Positions 54,781-62,930 of a stretch of 64,000 bases of DNA are shown here, one piece after another. Both the position numbers and the translations under genes were made by a program. This stretch comes from Ignavibacteriota bacterium (GTDB taxonomy: Bacteria; Bacteroidota; Ignavibacteria; UBA10030), in NCBI GenBank assembly GCA_963727825.1, contig CAVSHO010000011.1, positions 224,001-288,000 on the forward strand, read 5' to 3'. Below the pieces are notes generated by a model that was not told where the DNA came from, did no database searches, and saw nothing but the letters and a program-made list of their open reading frames with translations. The first letter of the stretch is position 1; the number at the start of each line of letters is the position of its first letter.

Positions 54781-55293
54781 TCATTGTACATATTCTGAAT
54801 CGGACGCCCACTTAAGAACATTCCCTGTGATATAATCTCGAATATTATTCAAATCCTTGCTATCGCGTATAATATGTTCGTAAAATCGAGATTGCCAGCG
54901 GAAATCACATAACCCTTTACGCCTGCATTCTGTTGTAACCGCTGCTTTGTATGTCCTTATGATTATAGATAATGAACCTTTTTTCGGCGACAACCTTGTA
55001 GGGACGTTCAATTGAACGTCCCTACCATGATCATTCAAAATTATTATACCGTGGATGTGATTGGGCATAACAACAAACTCATCCAATTCCACATCCTCAA
55101 AATGACTCGGTATTTGCCTCCAACATTGTTGTGCAATTCTTCCTTCTTGCGATAACCTCATTTCGTCTGCGATGGTCTCACCGAATGTATCTTCTTTTTC
55201 GTATGTGCATATCGTAATAAAATATTCTCCTGGCCGAGCATAATCGTATTCTTTTAATCGTATCGTTTTCCTATTGTGAAGCGTTGTGATCAT
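54781..55293 (-). CDS. REP-associated tyrosine transposase (RAYT, Y1 HUH)
   Basis: RKTIRLKEYDY, YFITICT, MPNHIHGI (HUH), WQSRFYEHIIR, YITGN. Confidence 0.9.
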   Translation of the reverse strand: MITTLHNRKTIRLKEYDYARPGEYFITICTYEKEDTFGETIADEMRLSQEGRIAQQCWRQIPSHFEDVELDEFVVMPNHIHGIIILNDHGRDVQLNVPTRLSPKKGSLSIIIRTYKAAVTTECRRKGLCDFRWQSRFYEHIIRDSKDLNNIRDYITGNVLKWASDSEYVQ

Positions 55294-55326
55294 TTTATAT
55301 TTTCAAGACCTTGGTCTATAAAACAC

Positions 55327-55507
55327 AAAAAGCCTCCATCATTCTTCCCCCCGCCCAAAAAAAGTAGCGGGCAAGTGCTGGAGGCTTCTCGAGATTTCTT
55401 GTAACGCATTCTGCCCGGTAGAATAAGTCCCGAACGGACTCTTTATTCTTTTTGTGAATTTCTAACGGAGGTAAAGCTGAATCCCGAACTCCCAACGGGT
55501 ACAACTT
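55327..55507 (-). ncRNA. Candidate ~180-nt structured non-coding RNA ending in a terminator
   Basis: Follows promoter 55514-55542; hairpins GUCC-GUUCG-GGAC and AUUCU...AGAAU; ends AAGCCUCCA...UGGAGGCUUUUU. Confidence 0.4.
55379..55462. repeat. 84-bp direct repeat, copy A
   Basis: 76/84 identical to 54644-54727. Confidence 0.9.
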
Positions 55508-55513
55508 ACCGTT

Positions 55514-55542
55514 ATTGTAACAACGCTTTGGGCAAAATGCAA
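55514..55542 (-). promoter_or_regulatory. Sigma-70-like promoter
   Basis: TTGCAT-17 nt-TACAAT on minus strand, AT-rich upstream. Confidence 0.6.
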
Positions 55543-55578
55543 GATTTTTATAGCCCCATTGCTCATTTTATCATCTTC

Positions 55579-55704
55579 TCATTTCCAATGTATTGCGCGT
55601 TTGCTTTGTAATACCCCGGAAAGCATTGCAACACTTTTTTCCGTAAATACATAAGGAGAATAGCGCGCGCCGCCCCATCTTGAGGTGCCAATTTGGTACC
55701 TCAA
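55579..55704 (-). pseudogene. Second ORF6N fragment
   Basis: [39 protein letters not shown]. Confidence 0.8.
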
Positions 55705-55716
55705 GAATGTGTAAAT

Positions 55717-55792
55717 GTCACCCTGAGCATGTCGAAGAGTGACTAATAATTCGAATATCAGGCTTCGACAAGTGGCGCTTACTCAGCCTGAC
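55717..55792. repeat. GTCACCCTGAGC...GTCGAAG / CTTCGAC...CTCAG inverted repeat element
   Basis: gtcaccctgagcatgtcgaag ... cttcgacaag...ctcagcctgac; related copy at 58114-58258. Confidence 0.65.
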
Positions 55793-55855
55793 TTGCTTCC
55801 CGCGTTTTTAAGATGGCTTATTGCTTTTTTCTCGCTGTATTCGCATTTCTTTCTC

Positions 55856-56170
55856 GTCGAACTGCTTCGCACGATTGTTAAACTAATCCGTGGTATCGCC
55901 AAAGTACTTTTCGCGCTTGACTTTTTAAATTACTATAACGTCGGACAGCTCCGCGCCGATGTGAACTGACTTCGCGTCATTGTCACCTGACACTCCCTCC
56001 TCGTCAAAGCATTCTGCCCAGTTATCAAACTGCTTTTCGCTATCGTCAGGTGGCTTCCCATCAATGTCAGATGACTCCGCATCGTCGTCAAATGGCTTAG
56101 CGTCGATGTCAGATGACTTCCCGTTGAGGTCAGATTGCATTTCGCCAGAGTCAGATCTCTTCCAAATTGA
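55856..56170. repeat. Degenerate 21-bp tandem array, 15 units in register
   Basis: GTC or a one-base variant recurs every 21 bp from 55856 to 56150; consensus near GTCARATGRCTTCSCRTCRWY. Confidence 0.75.
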
Positions 56171-56234
56171 CACGAATAGATTCGTGACATTCTCATGCCT
56201 CCGGCTGTCAGATGGCATTTCGCCACTGCTATTC

Positions 56235-56342
56235 TCGATCCCAAGCTCTGATTGGAATCGCAACTGCCAGAAGCTCCGCTTCCATTCTTGCTCTGGAATC
56301 TATCCTCAATGCCATCCATTCCAAAACGGAGTTTGGGAACGA
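56235..56342. repeat. TTCCCAAACTCCG-type REPIN
   Basis: cgatcccaagctctgattggaat ... attccaaaacggagtttgggaacg inverted arms. Confidence 0.65.
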
Positions 56343-56369
56343 TGTTAAACGTTTGCATCCTGCCAGTTC

Positions 56370-57313
56370 TCATTTACTGAGTGTACCATAAAATCTTCTC
56401 AAGGCAATCTGCAATTTATTTCCTACAAGCTTATCCTTTAATAGTTGGGAATTCTCTTCGACTGCTCGTTCCCCTGCAAGAATACTTTGATCGATGCTAG
56501 TGAAATTCATTCCAATCGATAGTATCTACATCCGGCTTGAGAACAATGTTCGCGTGGTGCAGATGAATATCGTCAAGCTTGTTGTTTGTAACTTCAGCCG
56601 CACGGATAACAATCTCATATCCATGCCGATGGTTCTCATACTTGCCAAGGGATTGGCGGACATCAACAGCAACGATGGGATCTTTCGACAACGAACGAGC
56701 AGCCGGCACAGGAATCGGTACTAGTAACTTTTCCATCAACAAAATAATAACGGCCCATTTCAATAGGAGCAACAACACCCGGAATTGCCGAACTTGCTGC
56801 AACAGCAGTGATGATGGACCCGGAGGTAAACACATATTCTTCACCGGAGACTATATCACTTGCTACAGCAGCAAAATGAAGAGATAAATCGCTTATATCT
56901 CCTTCTTCCAGGAGCAAAGCCATCGATTGGATCAATGTTGTTTGTGCAAACTTTCCGTTTCCAAGTGCAGACTTTGACATGAAATATCTTTGTCGTAAGT
57001 GCGTGGCAAATCTATCCCACACAAAACGAGAACTTTTGGTATCTGTGGTTGAAAATTGTTCTAATCCGATCTGTTTGTAGAAAGATCCATTCAGAAATTC
57101 TCTGAATTTTTTTTCTACAGCGTTCGCATTTTTCAGTTGAGAGTACATGCCGCCCACAACAGCTCCCATACTAGTACCAACAATCAGTGATGGTATTAGC
57201 CCAATCCTCTCAAGAGCTTTGAGAATTCCAATATGTGCCAACCCGCGCGCTCCGCCTCCACCCAGAACTAGCGTGAAAGGACGAACCTTATTATGTAGTG
57301 GATTTCGCTGCAT
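56370..57313 (-). CDS. Patatin-like phospholipase, two apparent +1 frameshifts
   Basis: LGGGGARG, GTSMG, VDGKV; continues PIPVPAAR..IVLKPDV..EF then SIDQSILAGERAV to TGA at 56370. Confidence 0.8.
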
Positions 57314-57355
57314 TATTTTTCTTTAGTAAATATCTTTTAAGCAGCCTGTGAATAT

Positions 57356-57988
57356 CTATTTTTCTTTCCGTTCTTCCAGGGTGACTTCTATTTCATCATC
57401 CGGAAGATAGATTGAAACTTTCCGATAGTGAAGAGCGCCAACGTTGTCTATCACTACTCGTCCTCTGATATCGGGAGTTCCAGCCGTGTCAAATGTGAGG
57501 ACATTGAAAGCCCGTGCATGTCCGAACTTCAGTTCTTCGTCTTGCGAAAGCTTGAATTCCGCCGCTTCTGCAGCCAGCTTTCGTTTACTGAAAATAAACA
57601 TTCCCCGCATAGCATGACGTGAAGAGTCTTTGAACATATTTCGGAGTGTTCTCACAAATCGGATTGCATCATTGTTTAATATCTCCGCAGGTTTTCTTGG
57701 AAGCCATACTGCGGATTCTTTAGTAGTGTCGGAGTGAATGCGAGCCCATGCTTTTCCTCCTTTATCATCCAGGGCTATAAAGAATTCTTCTCGACCTTTA
57801 CTATTCTTCCATGTTGATTCACTGAAAAAAAATTGATCGGGGAGGTATCCTCCTATTTTCCCAAGCAAGGTAGCGAAGAACGGGCCATCCCACACTGCAT
57901 CGAAAACCGCAGTAACTTCCGCTGAATTCAGGATGCTTGCCAAAAAAAGAAACATAAGAATGCCGTAAACCACTATTTGCTTTATCAT
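57356..57988 (-). CDS. Hypothetical exported protein
   Basis: 210-aa ORF with signal peptide. Confidence 0.6.
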   Translation of the reverse strand: MIKQIVVYGILMFLFLASILNSAEVTAVFDAVWDGPFFATLLGKIGGYLPDQFFFSESTWKNSKGREEFFIALDDKGGKAWARIHSDTTKESAVWLPRKPAEILNNDAIRFVRTLRNMFKDSSRHAMRGMFIFSKRKLAAEAAEFKLSQDEELKFGHARAFNVLTFDTAGTPDIRGRVVIDNVGALHYRKVSIYLPDDEIEVTLEERKEK

Positions 57989-58113
57989 AGAATTGCAGAT
58001 TCCTATTTTTTTATGATCTTCTCTACCTTCACATTGACGGTAGTATAGGAAATTTTAAAAGAAATTGCACCGTGAAATAATGATTAGAATATATCTCAAA
58101 AATATTTCTTACT

Positions 58114-58258
58114 GTCAGATTGAGCTTGCCTGCCCTCCGAAGGCACACAGGCGGATCGAAGTCTGACCTATCGCATATTCCAACACTTATCGACAGGCCT
58201 TCGGCGTGAGACCTCAACGTGAGCTCGGTCAAACGTTCAGGCGATCGCTCAGGGCGAC
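58114..58258. repeat. Composite/nested GTCA..TGAGC..TCGAA repeat element
   Basis: gtcagattgagc...tcgaag and tcgacag...gctcagggcgac arms with inserted hairpins. Confidence 0.55.
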
Positions 58259-58327
58259 TTAAAATCATTTTTTAGGATAGCTTATACTCTTTTTTTCATT
58301 TCCCTCCTTTTTTGTTTATCTTTTGTT

Positions 58328-58864
58328 ATGCGAAAACTGACACACGCTGAAATTTCAATTAAACGCCTTCATGTAGAACAGGTAGAAAATGCGACGCGTG
58401 CTCCGCTGATTGTTTTGGTAGATAATGTCCGGAGTTTATATAATGTCGGTTCTATCTTCCGAACATCCGACGGAGCTATGATTGAGAAGCTCATACTCGC
58501 CGGATTTACGCCGCAACCGCCGCGCAAGGAAATCGAAAAAACAGCGCTCGGTTCTACAAAAAGCGTCCCATGGGAATACACTAAGCATCCGATCGAAACT
58601 ATTCAAAGGTTGAAGGAACGCAGTTACAAGATTTGTTGCTTAGAATTGACGGATAAAAGTATCAATTACAACGATATCAAGATATCTGATTTTCCGATTT
58701 GTCTTGTTATTGGCAACGAGATTAATGGAGTATCAAAAGAAATCATTGAGCTTTGCGATTTGGCGATAGAGATTCCGATGTACGGCATCAAGCAATCGCT
58801 GAATGTTGCGGTGGCGTATGGAATTGCAGTATTTGAACTTGCAAGACTTTGGCGAACAAACTGA
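58328..58864 (+). CDS. SpoU/TrmH-family RNA methyltransferase
   Basis: DNVRSLYNVGSIFRT, IGNEINGV, IPMYGIKQSLNVAVA. Confidence 0.92.
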   Translation: MRKLTHAEISIKRLHVEQVENATRAPLIVLVDNVRSLYNVGSIFRTSDGAMIEKLILAGFTPQPPRKEIEKTALGSTKSVPWEYTKHPIETIQRLKERSYKICCLELTDKSINYNDIKISDFPICLVIGNEINGVSKEIIELCDLAIEIPMYGIKQSLNVAVAYGIAVFELARLWRTN

Positions 58865-59037
58865 GATTGCTGAACCTCCAATCGCTCAGGAAAAGATTCC
58901 CTTTTTCATCCCTCCACTTCATCCATCAGAATTAAGAATGATTAAGTTCATTTATTATACATTGACTTGAAGAATAGTAGATTTTCAAGCAAAATTTTAA
59001 GAAATTTAAATATCCATAAATTATTAAAGAATAGACT

Positions 59038-60190
59038 ATGAATATAATAATTCCGAAAGAAGCTTCATCCGAACTGCGGGTTGCAATGCTGCCTCAGAAC
59101 GTCGAAAAACTTGTTAAAAAAGGTGCAAAGATTAATCATCGAATCGAAACTCGGCACTACACTTGGTATTTCAGATGAAGATTATAAAAAAGCAGGTGCT
59201 TCCATCGAGAAGAACCGTAAAAAACTCTTAGCGTCAGGAAACATCATTTTACGTTTGCGCAAACCTGATATAAATGAAGTTCCTTCAATGAAAAAGGGAT
59301 CAATTCAAGTTAGTTTTCTCGATCCATTTAACGAGCCCGAACTTCTTGCAGCTCTTGCGAAACAAAAGATTTCTGCAATATCAATGGAAATGATTCCGCG
59401 TTCGACACGCGCACAGAAGATGGATGCACTGAGTTCGCAGGCAAGTCTTGCAGGATATGCTGCAGTGATTTTAGCAGCCGATAATATATACAAGATTTTT
59501 CCTATGATGATGACGCCTGCCGGCACATTGCAGCCATCGAAAGTGTTTATCATCGGCGCAGGTGTTGCAGGATTGCAGGCGATTGCAACTGCAAGGCGTC
59601 TCGGTGCAAAAGTAGATGCGTTCGATACCCGCCCCATCGCAAAAAACGATGTCTTGTCGCTCGGTGCAAAATTCGTCGAGGTTGATCTCGGTGAAACCGG
59701 ACAAACTGCTCAGGGATATGCAAAAGCGTTGACTGAAGAACAATTGAAAAAGCAACGCGATGTTATGAAACAATATTGTGCGCAGGCAGATATTGTAATT
59801 ACTACGGCACAAGTTTTCGGACGCAAAGCTCCAGTCATTGTTACGAATGATATGATTGATGCAATGAAGCCAGGTTCCGTTGTTGTTGACCTCGCCATTG
59901 AAACAGGCGGGAACGTAGAAGGTGCTGTTCTCGGCAAGATTATTAACAAGAACGGTGTCAAGATTATCGGCTTGGCAAATATGCCGGCTCGTGTGGCAAT
60001 GAACGCCAGCCAAATGTATGCCAACAATCTAACAAATCTACTCGATGAGTTTTGGAACAAAGAGAAAAAGGAATTTGAACTAAAGCTCGACGACGATATC
60101 ATCAAAGGATGTTTGATCACACACGGCGGCGCTATTGTACATCCCAATTTTGCACCTCACATTGAAGAAAAGAAATCTCACAAAGGATAA
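59038..60190 (+). CDS. pntA: NAD(P) transhydrogenase alpha subunit part 1, +1 frameshift near 59133
   Basis: MNIIIPKE..ELRVAMLP then RSTRAQKMDALSSQ, IGAGVAGLQA, VDLAIETGGN. Confidence 0.9.
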
Positions 60191-60196
60191 TACGTT

Positions 60197-60487
60197 ATGT
60201 TTCCCTTAATTGAATCATTTTATATACTCATCCTCGCCGGCTTCGTTGGATTTGAGGTTATCAAACGCGTGACACCAACGCTGCACACGCCGTTGATGTC
60301 AGCAACCAATGCTATCTCCGGAATTTCATTAGTCGGTTCACTCGTCGCCGCTGGAAGCGATCAGTTTGTCAGTCAAATGCTCGGGCTCGTTGCGGTTACA
60401 GCGGCCACTATCAATGTCGTTGGCGGATTTATGATCACCGAACGAATGTTGAAAATGTTCAAACGAAAGGAGCGGAAACAGCAATGA
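60197..60487 (+). CDS. NAD(P) transhydrogenase alpha subunit part 2 (membrane)
   Basis: LHTPLMSATNAISG, NVVGGFMITERML. Confidence 0.93.
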   Translation: MFPLIESFYILILAGFVGFEVIKRVTPTLHTPLMSATNAISGISLVGSLVAAGSDQFVSQMLGLVAVTAATINVVGGFMITERMLKMFKRKERKQQ

Positions 60488-61861
60488 TTAATTATCCGCT
60501 CGAAATTACTTACATCATCGCTTCCGTCCTATTTATTATGGGATTGAAGGGACTCGGTCATCCTGAATCAGCACGCCGCGGCATGCATTATGCAGAAATC
60601 GGAATGCTGATGGCAGTCATCGGCACACTGCTTGGTCAAAATATTGTTACATGGCAATGGATTCTAATTGGCCTGGTAATTGGTTCGCTTATTGGCACCG
60701 CAATGGCAATCTTCATGCCGATGACGGCAATGCCGCAACGAATCGCAATTTCGCATGCGTTTGGCGCACTTGCCGCAGTGCTTGTTGGTATCAATGAATT
60801 TATTATAAAGGGATCGGAAGTTACAAGCGGACTTATGGGAGCATTAGGATTTGAAGTGCTCTTCGGTTCGCTTACAGTTGCAGGCAGCTTGATGGCTTTC
60901 GGGAAACTTCAAGGTATTTTAAGAAGCGCACCTATGACATATAAAGGTCAAAACTTCGTCAACATCACGCTATTTTTTGTTACGGTCGGAATGTTCGTCT
61001 ATCTCGTTTTCTTCCCGCAAAATGCTCTTGTCTTCGGCTCAATGATTGCAATTTCGTTTATTAATCGGCATTTTCATTGTTATGCCTATCGGAGGAGCAG
61101 ATATGCCGGTTGTTTTATCGTTGATGAATTCGTATGCCGGACTTGCCGCCGCTGCAACAGGATTTGCAATCAACAATAAAGTGCTGATCATTGCCGGCTC
61201 ATTGGATGGTTCGTCAGGATTTATTCTTTCGATCATTATGAGCAAAGCTATGAACCGATCGTTCGCAAATGTACTTTTTGGCGCTGTTGGTTCTCCACAA
61301 GTCGACACTTCAACTCTTCATGAAGACCGACCTATCACAAAAATAAATGTTGAAGATGCAAAGTTTATTCTTGAACAGGCAGATCGTGTGGTTGTCGTTC
61401 CGGGATATGGAATGGCAGTGGCACAAGCTCAACATGCAGTCCGTGAACTGAGTGATGAATTAGAAAAACGCGGAACAAAAGTTGAATTTGCTATTCATCC
61501 GGTTGCGGGACGCATGCCAGGACACATGAATGTGCTTCTCGCTGAAGCAAATGTGTCTTATGACCAATTGCAAGAGATGGAAGTTATCAATCCTACGATG
61601 GATACAGTAGATGTTGCCATTGTGATTGGTGCAAACGATGTGGTCAATCCTGCCGCTCGCACAGACAAAGGAAGCCCGATATATGGCATGCCGATTATTG
61701 ATGTCGATAAAGCACGGACCGTTATTGTGATGAAGCGTTCGATGGCAACCGGATTTGCCGGCATCGAAAATCCGCTCTTCTATCAAGAGAACACGAAAAT
61801 GTTATTCGGTGATGCAAAAAATGTTTTGCAGCAATTGATTGCAGAGTTTAAGAAGACCTGA
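60484..61861 (+). CDS. pntB: NAD(P) transhydrogenase beta subunit, +1 frameshift near 61058
   Basis: MTAMPQ, IGGADMPVV, PGYGMAVAQAQH, HPVAGRMPGHMN, GANDVVNP. Confidence 0.92.
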
Positions 61862-61890
61862 TTTATCGCAAGATACATAGTCTTTCCATC

Positions 61891-61954
61891 GTAGAATCCG
61901 ATCACCGATCGGATCATATATCAAATGTCGTCCGATGTGATCATCGGACTCTAC
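61891..61954. repeat. GTAG-type REP doublet
   Basis: gtagaatccgat...atcggat and gtccgat...atcggactctac inverted arms. Confidence 0.7.
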
Positions 61955-61982
61955 TGTTACAAATTCTGAATTTCTTCCCAAA

Positions 61983-62300
61983 TAATTAATTCAGTCCCAG
62001 AGTTGGGAGGGAGTTTTACTCCCGACCTAACTTCATTCATCCTCGTTGCAAAACTCAGCTTAATAGTGCTATTCAACAGAGCTTTTCATCCAAGAACATT
62101 TGTCCGTTAATTGGCGAGCTCCTTTTTCCTTTCTGTTCGGGAGAGCATCTCCCTCACAACTTGGTAATTAATTCAGTCCCAGAGTTGGGAGGGAGTTTTA
62201 CTCCCGACCTAACTTCAGAGCATCTCCCTCACAACTTGCTTGGCATCTCCATCACAACTTGGGTCTGATGGTCGGACTCTACGCTTACAAATTCCCAAAT
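61983..62300. repeat. REPIN cluster with exact 53-bp direct repeat
   Basis: 61983-62035 equals 62165-62217; gcatctcc(c/a)tcacaactt occurs three times. Confidence 0.85.
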
Positions 62301-62302
62301 AG

Positions 62303-62461
62303 TTACTTCAGTCCACGTTTTTTTTTCTCGATGATAACTTGAACATCGAGTGGAGCGGAGCAAATCGGACACACGTAGCGTCGTGTAGTTTCATTGTAGT
62401 CAGGTTCATGCTTTTCTTTACAATTTGGACATCGAATTAGAAGTGGTTTATCATCTTTCAT
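62303..62461 (-). CDS. Small zinc-ribbon protein (52 aa), not in ORF track
   Basis: MKDDKPLLIRCPNCKEKHEPDYNETTRRYVCPICSAPLDVQVIIEKKKRGLK; purine-rich upstream sequence. Confidence 0.6.
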   Translation of the reverse strand: MKDDKPLLIRCPNCKEKHEPDYNETTRRYVCPICSAPLDVQVIIEKKKRGLK

Positions 62462-62558
62462 AAGTTTACCGTTTCTTTCCTATTTGACCTCTTTATTATG
62501 CTGTTTAAATGGCAGATAATGAATTCCGTGGCATTTAGAGCACACCTAAAAAGAACCT

Positions 62559-62687
62559 GTCTTTCTCACATGTTTTTAGTGGGAATCTTACTTTAAATCT
62601 ATCAAAATTCCACGCCGCCAAAGCACACTTTATACGGCGGGCAAGCCGATAATCCCGATTGATAACATCAATCGAGACGGGAATGAC
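62559..62687. repeat. Degenerate GTCATTCCC/GGGAATGAC-type repeat
   Basis: gtctttctc...gggaatc ... cgggaatgac with inserted hairpins. Confidence 0.45.
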
Positions 62688-62806
62688 TTTTCGGCTGAAT
62701 AGTTATTGGAATATAGCCATATGGAATTCCAATCACAATAACTTATCTTAGTATCAATTTAAAGAAATACTCAATACTGCACTTCATTTAAGTGCAGCTT
62801 TCTAAC

Positions 62807-62830
62807 TATCAGGACGTAAGTCCTGACAGC
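62807..62830. repeat. Single REP of the GTCAGGAC family
   Basis: tcaggacgtaagtcctgac identical to the arm within the MITE at 27740-27758. Confidence 0.7.
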
Positions 62831-62930
62831 ATTACGATTATGGATAGACTTGTTTTAACTCATCTACTTTCTCCTTTCAAATTTTATCGTATATTGTTCA
62901 AAACATATAAAACATTTTGAAAGATAACAT

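Noticed and set aside
55316-55504. 62-aa ORF and its 70-aa counterpart at 54599-54811 as duplicated proteins
   Set aside because: Differences between copies are mostly non-synonymous, no RBS, and the ORF runs through a terminator hairpin
55327-55507. Known riboswitch, 6S RNA, tRNA or TnpB/IscB omega-RNA
   Set aside because: I recognised none of the diagnostic motifs and no tnpB/iscB gene is present; a covariance-model search is still needed
55856-56170. CRISPR array or DGR template/variable repeat
   Set aside because: No constant repeat with unique spacers, no cas or reverse transcriptase gene in the window, and no paired repeat differing only at adenines
48520-56360. Prophage or complete integron
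   Set aside because: No phage structural genes, terminase or tyrosine integrase in the window
61983-62300. CRISPR array
   Set aside because: Only two or three irregularly spaced copies, built from REP-like hairpins
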